From an uncultured Candidatus Saccharibacteria bacterium (GTDB lineage: Bacteria; Patescibacteriota; Minisyncoccia; Phycocordibacterales; UBA9973), in contig CAYLXO010000004.1 in the NCBI GenBank assembly GCA_964387965.1, positions 1 through 44,364 of the forward strand: DNA of 44,364 nt, in the 5' to 3' direction. The first letter of the stretch is position 1. Each line of letters opens with the position of its first letter. This document shows, piece after piece, positions 27,717 to 35,552 of the stretch. The position numbers and the translations under genes were made by a program. The notes beneath the pieces are model-generated. The model saw only the letters and a program-made list of their open reading frames with translations, ran no database searches and was not told the origin of the DNA.

Positions 27717-30700
27717 TATTTTGTGATTACAATTGTATCACCCTTATACACAATCTCTTTTGCAAGTACCGTCTTTTTGAGGTCAGCTTCGTTATCTGCC
27801 ACCAATGCTTTTACACGTTCAGGGAGTGTAAGAGATATGACATCACTCGGAGTAAGATTTTCTTTCTTGCGTGTATCTTGAATTTCTCGCACAAGTTCGC
27901 GGTAATCCCCTTCTTTTTTAAGCTCAGGTGTGATTTCAGTAGCAAGCACAAAATCTGTACTGAGTGCCGTATCAGCAACAAGCTCTTTAATGTTTAATTC
28001 ATCTTTTATAATTTCAGTATACGCAAGACTTAAGTCGTACGCTTTCACTCGTAATTCTTTAAGTGGCTGTCGAACAGCAATGTTAGCTTTTTGTCGTGCT
28101 TGCAATCCAAGAGTGACAATCGTACGCGCAGTGCGAGTATTTTCCAATACAAGTGCGTTCACTTCTCCTGCCTCAGGCCAATTTGCAAGGTGTACACTCT
28201 CGCTGTCGTTTTCGTGGCGCAATTTTTGCCATATTTCTTCCGCGATAAATGGTGCAAACGGTGCGATGATAAGCGCGGTTGTTTTTAGTACAAAGTAGAG
28301 TGTACCTTTTGCTTCATTATCACCGTCTTTGATTCGGTCTCGTGATCTGCGTACGTACCATGTCGAAAGGTCATCAACAAAGAGATCAAATGGACGTGTC
28401 GCTTCTGTCATATCGTATGCATCCATTCCCTTTGTAACATCGCGGATAGTTTCGTATAAGCGCGCGATGATCCATTCATCGAGTACATTACCACTACGAA
28501 GTTCATATTTTGTAGTCTCTGCATCCATATCACGATACAACTCGTAAAACGCTGTAACGTTAGACAATCGTCCGACAATTTTCGAAGCGATTTCTGCAAC
28601 TGTGCGCTCAGAGAAATTTGCATCTTCTCCTTTCATGAGCGGACTTGCCATAAGATACAATCGGAGTGGATCAACGCCGTATTTATCAAAAAGAATCCAT
28701 GGATCTGGAAAATTATTTTTTGATTTCGACATTTTTTGTCCGTCTTCTGCAAGTAGTGTTCCTGTTGTCACCACATTTTTAAACGGCGCGCCTCCAAAGA
28801 GCACTGTTGATACAGCATGAGTATAGTAGAACCAGGTGCGAGTCTGAGCGATATATTCGGCGACAAAGCCAGCTGGGAAATTGTTGCACTGCCAGTCTTT
28901 ACCGTCACAAATCTCTCCCGGAGCATATGCAAATGGATAATGATCTTGCGCAAACGGCATCGAGCCTGATTCAAACCAGCAGTCAATAACCTCGGGAATA
29001 CGCTGGTATTCTTCACCTTGCTCATCTACGAGCACAATCTCATCAATGTACGGACGGTGTAGATCTATTTCATAGTGAGCATTATGTGGAAATGGGACAA
29101 ATGGAAGTGGGCGAATTTCTGCATTTACAAAGTCAGAGTATTCATCGTTAATTTCAGAAAGATTTTCATATCGCAATCCGTTTGTTACAAAGTTTACAGC
29201 GCGAGCCACACCCATATGTGCCACGATAAGCACTTTCTTCCCTAAGTATTTTGACTCGATATCAAATAAGAATTCTCCAACGCGTTTTACTAGTTGTGAA
29301 AAATTTTCTCCATCTTTAAATTCATGAAACGGATCTGTCGCATATTTCAAATCGTAGTAATGACGGAATTCATCTTTTGTAACTCCATCAAAGCTTGAAT
29401 CAATCTCCCATTCACGAATTCGATCATCGTAGACAACATTGTCTATTGGAAACCCGATTGTGTCACAAACTATTTGTGTTGTTTCTTTTACACGAAGTAT
29501 TGGCGATGCGATAACTACATCAACTTTTTCTGTAAAGCGCTGTGCACTTTCAAGCACTTGCGCTTTACCTTGTTCTGTAAGATGTGCACTATGATGCAAT
29601 TCCTGATTGTGCGTCGAGCCCAAATTATTTTCTGCTTGCCCGTGGCGCATAATAAAGTACGTATTGCCTGACTTTTTTGTCTTTGCTTTCAAATCTGCAA
29701 CCGATTGCACAAAAAGATACTTACCATTTTTTGATTTCCAAAACGGAAGTGGGCTTGCCCAATAACGATTGCGTGAAATATTCCAGTCAGGAGCATTCTC
29801 GACTGTGTGTTCGAATCTTCCTTCCTTAAGGTGCGCCGGAATCCAATTCATTGCCTGAGCTTTATCAAGCAATTCTTTTTTTACTTTTTGAATATTGATA
29901 AACCAACTTGGGAGCGCATAGTAAAAGAGTGGCGTCTCGCAACGATAACAGTGTGGGTATGAGTGAGTAATCTTTTCTTTTTTAAAGAGTGCTCCACTTG
30001 CCTGCAAGTACTTCAAGATTTCAATATCTGCCTTCATGTGGCCGTCTTTTTCAGTAGACTTTGGCTTGATAAGCATACCTGCAAAATCTGTAACCTCAGG
30101 TGCAAACTTTCCTTCTGGAGTGACGTGCACAATAAATGGGATATTTTCTTTTTGAGCAAGTACCGCGTCATCTTCACCGAACGCAGGTGCTTCATGAGCA
30201 ATACCAGTACCATCAGTAGTCGTCACAAAATCTCCATGAACAACTGTCCATGATTTTGGGTTTCTAAGCAACGCCTCCCCTTTTGTGTAGTACGGAAACG
30301 GAGGTGTATATTTTTTGCCAAGCAATTTTTCTCCTTTAAATTCTTCGACGATTTCGTACTGCTTGTCTTTAAAAACAGCTTCTGCTCTTTCTTTGGCTAC
30401 GACATAGAACTTGTCCTCGATTTTTGCTTTTACATATGTCGCCTCTTTATGAACAGCAAGTACAATATCCCCTGGAAGCGACCATGGGGTTGTCGTCCAC
30501 GCGATAAGAACAGTATTAGGATCTTCAACGAGTGGCATATTCACGTACACAGAAATATCCGAAATATCCTTGTACGAATTATCCATCGCGATTTCAGATT
30601 TTGCGATTGGTGTCTCACAACGAGGACAGTATGCAAGCACACGGACTCCTTCATACAAAAGCCCTTTGTCATTCATTTGGTTGAGAGCCCACCACACACT

Positions 30701-31162
30701 CTCGATAAATGTGTTGTCCATTGTTTTGTATGAGCCGTCAAAATCTACCCAGCGTCCGATACGTTCCACTGTCTTTTTCCAATCATGCACATATGTAAGC
30801 ACTTTACTTCGCGCATATTCGACAAACTTATCCACGCCAAGCGCTTCAATTTCGTTGTGACCAGAAACTTTCAAATCTTTTTCAACGATATTTTCAATCG
30901 GTAAGCCGTGACAATCCCACCCCCATCGTCGAGGAACGCTATATCCTTGCATCGTTTGGTAACGACCAATAACATCCTTTGCCGTTGAACCAAGAATGTG
31001 CCCGTAGTGTGGAAGCCCTGTTGCAAACGGTGGTCCATCATAAAAAACATAGTTCCCTTTTGGAGATTCTTTTCGAAGTGATTTATGGAACGTGTCATTT
31101 TCCTTCCAAAATTGGAGGATTTTCTCTTCTCGTTCTGCGTGTTGTGATTTTTTGTTTTCCAT
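27716..31162 (-). CDS. ileS: Isoleucyl-tRNA synthetase (eukaryote-like type 2) carrying an internal ~200-aa histidine-phosphatase-family insertion
   Basis: Seen are HIGH = PHYGHILG, the editing-domain block TTTPWSLPG, DWNISRNRYW, VIDCWFESGSMPF and KMSKSKNNF. The insertion spans residues ~499-698 and contains RHG (see findings). Confidence 0.93.
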   Translation of the reverse strand: MENKKSQHAEREEKILQFWKENDTFHKSLRKESPKGNYVFYDGPPFATGLPHYGHILGSTAKDVIGRYQTMQGYSVPRRWGWDCHGLPIENIVEKDLKVSGHNEIEALGVDKFVEYARSKVLTYVHDWKKTVERIGRWVDFDGSYKTMDNTFIESVWWALNQMNDKGLLYEGVRVLAYCPRCETPIAKSEIAMDNSYKDISDISVYVNMPLVEDPNTVLIAWTTTPWSLPGDIVLAVHKEATYVKAKIEDKFYVVAKERAEAVFKDKQYEIVEEFKGEKLLGKKYTPPFPYYTKGEALLRNPKSWTVVHGDFVTTTDGTGIAHEAPAFGEDDAVLAQKENIPFIVHVTPEGKFAPEVTDFAGMLIKPKSTEKDGHMKADIEILKYLQASGALFKKEKITHSYPHCYRCETPLFYYALPSWFINIQKVKKELLDKAQAMNWIPAHLKEGRFEHTVENAPDWNISRNRYWASPLPFWKSKNGKYLFVQSVADLKAKTKKSGNTYFIMRHGQAENNLGSTHNQELHHSAHLTEQGKAQVLESAQRFTEKVDVVIASPILRVKETTQIVCDTIGFPIDNVVYDDRIREWEIDSSFDGVTKDEFRHYYDLKYATDPFHEFKDGENFSQLVKRVGEFLFDIESKYLGKKVLIVAHMGVARAVNFVTNGLRYENLSEINDEYSDFVNAEIRPLPFVPFPHNAHYEIDLHRPYIDEIVLVDEQGEEYQRIPEVIDCWFESGSMPFAQDHYPFAYAPGEICDGKDWQCNNFPAGFVAEYIAQTRTWFYYTHAVSTVLFGGAPFKNVVTTGTLLAEDGQKMSKSKNNFPDPWILFDKYGVDPLRLYLMASPLMKGEDANFSERTVAEIASKIVGRLSNVTAFYELYRDMDAETTKYELRSGNVLDEWIIARLYETIRDVTKGMDAYDMTEATRPFDLFVDDLSTWYVRRSRDRIKDGDNEAKGTLYFVLKTTALIIAPFAPFIAEEIWQKLRHENDSESVHLANWPEAGEVNALVLENTRTARTIVTLGLQARQKANIAVRQPLKELRVKAYDLSLAYTEIIKDELNIKELVADTALSTDFVLATEITPELKKEGDYRELVREIQDTRKKENLTPSDVISLTLPERVKALVADNEADLKKTVLAKEIVYKGDTIVITK

Positions 31163-31166
31163 ACTG

Positions 31167-31427
31167 TTATGTAATAAATGCTGTTAGTACTGTGATAATT
31201 CCGAGGAGCACACCAGGGACATTTGCCCAAAATACAAACTTTTCCTTTTTCATATACCCATAGATAGACCAGATAATGCAGTTGAGTGTCGTGACGGCGG
31301 GCATAATATAAATATGGCTTTCTCCAGCAAGATTGTCTTTTGCTATTTCTATGAGTGACACAAACATTAGTATGGCAAGAGTTGCCCCAGCTGTGCCAAA
31401 CATATTTATAATTTTTTCTTTGGTCAT
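31167..31427 (-). CDS. SemiSWEET-like (MtN3/PQ-loop family) 3-TM membrane transporter, 86 aa
   Basis: The protein is MTKEKIINMFGTAGATLAILMFVSLIEIAKDNLAGESHIYIMPAVTTLNCIIWSIYGYMKKEKFVFWANVPGVLLGIITVLTAFIT. It has three helices, and the W..YG and AN spacing matches bacterial SemiSWEETs. The ORF track's TTG start at 31457 lies inside the T-box terminator and is rejected. The stop is 4 nt before the ileS ATG. Confidence 0.6.
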   Translation of the reverse strand: MTKEKIINMFGTAGATLAILMFVSLIEIAKDNLAGESHIYIMPAVTTLNCIIWSIYGYMKKEKFVFWANVPGVLLGIITVLTAFIT

Positions 31428-31433
31428 ATAAGT

Positions 31434-31480
31434 AAAAAACTCGTCCTTAAAAAACAATACAATTGTTTTTTAAGGACGAG
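31434..31480 (-). terminator. T-box expression-platform terminator
   Basis: It reads CUCGUCCUUAAAAAACAAU-ugu-AUUGUUUUUUAAGGACGAG followed by UUUUUU. The 5' arm shares CUCGUCCUU with the antiterminator. Confidence 0.9.
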
Positions 31481-31640
31481 TTTCCTCGTGGTACCACCTT
31501 AATTCCCCCTTTCGGGCTTCTTCTCTGCTGTAACGGGCTCTCCCGCTTGGGTCTACTTGCTCATGTATCAGATGAACGTTCTTCCAAGAGCTTATCTGCC
31601 TTCGGCAAACTTGAGGGTTGATATCCCCTAAAACTTGTAC
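31434..31640 (-). promoter_or_regulatory. T-box riboswitch leader (Ile specifier AUC candidate)
   Basis: The minus RNA contains the T-box sequence AAUUAAGGUGGUACCACGAGG. The canonical antiterminator is AAGG-[UGGUACC bulge, 31490-31496]-ACGAG-GAAA-CUCGU-CCUU. Also present are the F-box CCGUUA (31531-36), Stem III CCC-GAAA-GGG (31507-16), and a mutually exclusive 19-bp terminator. AUC-A lies in a hairpin loop at 31619-31622. Confidence 0.88.
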
Positions 31641-31683
31641 TCATACAGTAGCACAAGATACACACATTTCAAACAAACGCGTA

Positions 31684-33390
31684 TTACATCCTCTCTGGCA
31701 CATTAATACCAAGGAGGTAAAGTCCGTTCTCCATTGTTTTTCGAAATGCGCCTGTAAGTGCCACTTTGTATGGTGAAGAAGCGTCTTCAGGATTTACAAT
31801 CTGTTCTTGCCCGTAGAAAGAATTAAACGTTGAAGCAAGTTCGGTCATATACCCTGCAATATGATGTGGCTCTCGAAGTGAAAATGCTCGTTCTACAACT
31901 TCAGGGAAACGGTAAAGCATTTTTTCAAGATTGGTTGTACTCCAATTTTCTGGAATTGATGTGTTGCCTACGACTCCCTGTGCTTTTGCTTTTTCTAATA
32001 TTGAACCAGCACGCACGGTTGTGTACTGAAGATATGGCCCAGAGTCACCATCAAATGACACAGATTTTTCCTCGTCGTAAATAATATTACCGCCAAGAGC
32101 TTGTTTTAAAATTACGTACTTAATAGCAGAAACAGCTACCTGTTCAGCAAGTTTTTCTTTTTCTGAATTCTCGAATTCTCGGTCTTTAATTTTCTCAAAA
32201 ACAAGTTCTTTCGTGTCACTCAGAAGTGACTCACCTGTTATCACATTTCCTTTTCGAGAGCTCATTTTTCCATGAGCAAAACGCATCATCCCGTGTGTAA
32301 GATGCTTCATGCGACTTTCGTAGTCAGGATGCATGATTGAAAGCGCTTTTTGCACTACTTCCATATATGGACCCTGTTCGATTGCAGTAACAACAATAGA
32401 TAAATCGGGATTTACTTCAGTAAATTTTGTGACAGTAAGACCGATTTCTTTTGCTTCGTACGTTGGCAACCCTTGTTTTGTGATAAACACACGAGTGTGA
32501 AGTTTTGGATCATGCTCTTCAGCATGAAATACAATTGCTCCGTCTGACTCAGCAAATACTTTTCCTATATTCTCACGCACAATACCGGCACCAAGCGGTG
32601 CCATTGTGCTTTCAAAAAAGTAATTATTGAATTTTGTGCCGAGTGTTTTGTAGATTGTTTCAAAAGCTTGAAGAGTCACTTCTCTTCCCCAGTCATACAT
32701 TTCATTTATCGCTGAGTCGCTTTTTTCGTACACTTTTTTGTTTATTGCATCAATCTCGGCTTTTACATCTGCACTTTCTTCATACAAATTTGAAGCCTCG
32801 CTGTAACAAGCACCAATATATTCTGCCTGTTTTTCAACGGTGAGTGTAGTATCGCCCTTACCTTTTTTCATAAGCATCCATAGTGCCTTTGCAACATGAA
32901 GCCCTACATCTCCTTGATAGTTGGCACGGACTACGTTTGCACCAGAATATTCAAAAATACGAGCCGTTGATTCTCCAATAGCATTGGTCATTAGGTGCCC
33001 GATATGAAATGGCTTAAATGGATTTGGGTCGGTGTACTCAACCATTACCTTTTTCCCCGCTGATGCGCTGTTGCTTCCCCAGTTTTTAGTGTCTGCAATT
33101 TCTTTAAGTGACTGTGCAAAAAATTCTTTTGAAAGATGGAAGTTTATAAACCCAGGACCTGCAATTTCTATTTTTTCAATTTCTTTAATTTTATTTTCAG
33201 AAAGTTTTGTAACGATTTCTTCTGCTAGAGTGCGCGGATTTTTACCTAGTGCCTTTGCATGTGCCATAGCAACATTTGTCGAATAATCTCCGTGTGATAG
33301 ATCTGCTGGGTGCTCAAGCAAAACATTCGGAGCATCGACTCCGAGTTCTTTCAAAGCATTTTGTATTTGTATTTTTATTTGTTCCTGCAT
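31684..33390 (-). CDS. argS: Arginyl-tRNA synthetase
   Basis: It contains PNPFKPFHIGHL (HIGH), GKMSSRKGNVI, and a C-terminal DALR-type anticodon-binding domain ending in M. Confidence 0.95.
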   Translation of the reverse strand: MQEQIKIQIQNALKELGVDAPNVLLEHPADLSHGDYSTNVAMAHAKALGKNPRTLAEEIVTKLSENKIKEIEKIEIAGPGFINFHLSKEFFAQSLKEIADTKNWGSNSASAGKKVMVEYTDPNPFKPFHIGHLMTNAIGESTARIFEYSGANVVRANYQGDVGLHVAKALWMLMKKGKGDTTLTVEKQAEYIGACYSEASNLYEESADVKAEIDAINKKVYEKSDSAINEMYDWGREVTLQAFETIYKTLGTKFNNYFFESTMAPLGAGIVRENIGKVFAESDGAIVFHAEEHDPKLHTRVFITKQGLPTYEAKEIGLTVTKFTEVNPDLSIVVTAIEQGPYMEVVQKALSIMHPDYESRMKHLTHGMMRFAHGKMSSRKGNVITGESLLSDTKELVFEKIKDREFENSEKEKLAEQVAVSAIKYVILKQALGGNIIYDEEKSVSFDGDSGPYLQYTTVRAGSILEKAKAQGVVGNTSIPENWSTTNLEKMLYRFPEVVERAFSLREPHHIAGYMTELASTFNSFYGQEQIVNPEDASSPYKVALTGAFRKTMENGLYLLGINVPERM

Positions 33391-33411
33391 TTTATGACTT
33401 TAGACTTTAAA

Positions 33412-33834
33412 CTATTTCCTTCCAGTCGATCCGAAGCTTCCTTCGCCTCGTGCTGACTCACTTAGACTATCAGTTTCCACAAGATCTGCAATCTCTACAG
33501 GATAGATGACTATCTGCGCAATCTTGTCTCCTTCTTCTACGGTATACGGTTTGTCAGACAAATTTACGATATGTGTGTTGTACTCTCCGCGAAATCCAGC
33601 ATCAAATACACCACCCATGGTATGGAGTCCCGCATTTGAAGTACTTGATTTGTCTTTGATGATAGCCGCGTATCCAATAGGAAATTCCATTGCAAATCCA
33701 TGCATAAAACGATGATGCTCCCCTGGCATAATCGTCACCGTTTCCATTGAATACACATCCATCCCTACATCTCCTGGATGATGGTATTTGGGAAGCTTTG
33801 CCTCAGGTTTTAATTTTTTTACTTTAATTTGCAT
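33412..33834 (-). CDS. dut: dUTP pyrophosphatase (trimeric dUTPase)
   Basis: It contains GDVGMDVYS, GVFDAGFRGE, a KIAQIV strand, and C-terminal motif V RGEGSFGSTG. Confidence 0.9.
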   Translation of the reverse strand: MQIKVKKLKPEAKLPKYHHPGDVGMDVYSMETVTIMPGEHHRFMHGFAMEFPIGYAAIIKDKSSTSNAGLHTMGGVFDAGFRGEYNTHIVNLSDKPYTVEEGDKIAQIVIYPVEIADLVETDSLSESARGEGSFGSTGRK

Positions 33835-34327
33835 TATCGTTTCCTTTTATAAAATGATTGATAGTCAAAACAAAACTCGGTACAAACATACTAGGGTTTT
33901 CTTGAAAAAGTTTCAAGATTTCTTCTTTTGCAAACCAACGTATTTCATCTACTTCATCTTCTCTTCTTGTAAATGTATACTCGCTATTTATTTCCGAGCT
34001 ATACCACTGACAAAAATATTCATGACTGGTTGAGCGTCGCATTTTTTGATCCTCTTTCGGAATAAAATTTATAAGCCCAATTTCCTCTGCAGCTTCTTTT
34101 ATTATATTTGATTCATACGTCTCTCCCTCTTCTACCGTACCAGCAACTGCGGGGCCCCAAAGCCCTGGTTCTCTTTTTTTTACTTTCGCACGCTTTGCAA
34201 GTAAGACTTCCCCTTTTTCATTTGTCACCCACAAAGCAGACACTCGACAAATTTCGCCGTTTTTTCTTTCATCGATGTCTTTGTATTCGATGAGTTCATC
34301 TTGTTCGTCTACAATGGGGATTCTCAT
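33824..34327 (-). CDS. NUDIX hydrolase (IDI/YfcD-like subfamily, lacks the IDI catalytic Cys)
   Basis: The NUDIX box is GTVEEGETYESNIIKEAAEEIGL. It overlaps the dut start by 11 nt. Confidence 0.8.
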   Translation of the reverse strand: MRIPIVDEQDELIEYKDIDERKNGEICRVSALWVTNEKGEVLLAKRAKVKKREPGLWGPAVAGTVEEGETYESNIIKEAAEEIGLINFIPKEDQKMRRSTSHEYFCQWYSSEINSEYTFTRREDEVDEIRWFAKEEILKLFQENPSMFVPSFVLTINHFIKGNDNAN

Positions 34328-34335
34328 AATAAAAT

Positions 34336-34827
34336 TTAATTCAAAAAATGCTTTATCTCTTCATCAAACCTATGTACGAATTGGTCGATATCATTTAAAA
34401 TCAATTCTGGAAGTTCATTTTTTGAAACCCATTTAATTTCTGCGACTTCTTCCTTGTCGGGAATCAATTCGTAGTCGTTTGGAATAACAAGCTTGTAAAA
34501 TTGCCCCACACACTTGCCTTGAGCAAAATCTCGATTCATTTTTATAAGTGCCTCCGGCTTAAAACCCTTAATACCAAGCTCCTCTTCCATTTCTCTCACT
34601 ATTGCCTCGTCGTATGATTCTGGATGACTCACCGCGCCAGTAACAGCGTATGACCAAAGTCCTGGAAACGTTTTCTTTGTATGGGCACGCCTAACAAGCA
34701 ATACTTCACCTCTATCATTTTCAACCCAAAGCAAAACAATTCTACATCTGTCGTTTGAATTTACTTCGTGCCTTGGTTTTATACCAAGCACTTCATCATT
34801 CTCATCTACAAGATAGAGATGCTCCAT
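34336..34827 (-). CDS. NUDIX hydrolase, tandem paralog of the previous gene
   Basis: The NUDIX box is GAVSHPESYDEAIVREMEEELGI. The N-terminal pattern (VDENDEVLG...R..LLWV.N..GEVLL.RRA..K...PGLW) matches its neighbour. Confidence 0.8.
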   Translation of the reverse strand: MEHLYLVDENDEVLGIKPRHEVNSNDRCRIVLLWVENDRGEVLLVRRAHTKKTFPGLWSYAVTGAVSHPESYDEAIVREMEEELGIKGFKPEALIKMNRDFAQGKCVGQFYKLVIPNDYELIPDKEEVAEIKWVSKNELPELILNDIDQFVHRFDEEIKHFLN

Positions 34828-34830
34828 AGA

Positions 34831-35520
34831 TTACTTCAAAATCTTTTTGACATCAGCAAAAACTTTTTCGTGGATAACTTCGCGTGGTAGTATTCCGTCT
34901 TTACTTGCGCAATCTATTTTCTTCCATGCTTTTTCGCGCTTTGAAAGCCACAACGCACTCATTTCAGAATTTTTCAAAAAATTAAAATCGTTTTCATGTA
35001 CATCTTTCTTTTTTCCAAGATAGGCACGCGCGTGGTGCATATTTCGACTCTTGATGAGAGTCTTAATTATTGGAAGTGGAAGATATAGGTAGAAAACCAT
35101 ATCTGGTTTTGGAATCTTGAATACATCGTATTCCATCTTAGAAAGCCACTTCATAAATTCGGCACGCTTTTTTGAATCTTTTATTTTTCCGCCTTGGTGA
35201 ATCTGGTTTGCCGAAACATATCTATTGGCGAGCACAATGTGTCCTTCCTTTATCCATTTTTCAATCTTTGCCTTCGATTCAAACCTGTCAGCCGCATACA
35301 CAACTGATGCAATCTTTGGGTGAATATTTACCCAATTGTAATATTGTTCCGAAAGACAGTGTCCCAAAAACGCACCAAAAAAGTTCCCGTAATATTCAGG
35401 GAAATCTACCATCTTTACAGAATAGCCCTCTTTCTTTAATCGCTTAGCAAGAAGCTCGCTCTGAGTCGCCTTTCCTGAACCATCTGTGCCGTCTATTACT
35501 ATAAGTTTCCCCTTTGCCAT
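34831..35520 (-). CDS. tmk: Thymidylate (dTMP) kinase family protein
   Basis: The P-loop is LIVIDGTDGSGKATQ. Also seen are AADRFE and the DRY-like ANRYVSANQIHQG. It is 229 aa long. Confidence 0.75.
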   Translation of the reverse strand: MAKGKLIVIDGTDGSGKATQSELLAKRLKKEGYSVKMVDFPEYYGNFFGAFLGHCLSEQYYNWVNIHPKIASVVYAADRFESKAKIEKWIKEGHIVLANRYVSANQIHQGGKIKDSKKRAEFMKWLSKMEYDVFKIPKPDMVFYLYLPLPIIKTLIKSRNMHHARAYLGKKKDVHENDFNFLKNSEMSALWLSKREKAWKKIDCASKDGILPREVIHEKVFADVKKILK

Positions 35521-35552
35521 AGGGTTACTGTACCAAGAAAATTTGGGTATTA

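Noticed and set aside
33824-34827. The two NUDIX paralogs considered as type-1 isopentenyl-diphosphate isomerases.
   Set aside because: They resemble the IDI branch overall, but the catalytic Cys of the IDI CGHP motif is missing (AGTVEEG and TGAVSHP instead). They are therefore called generic NUDIX hydrolases.
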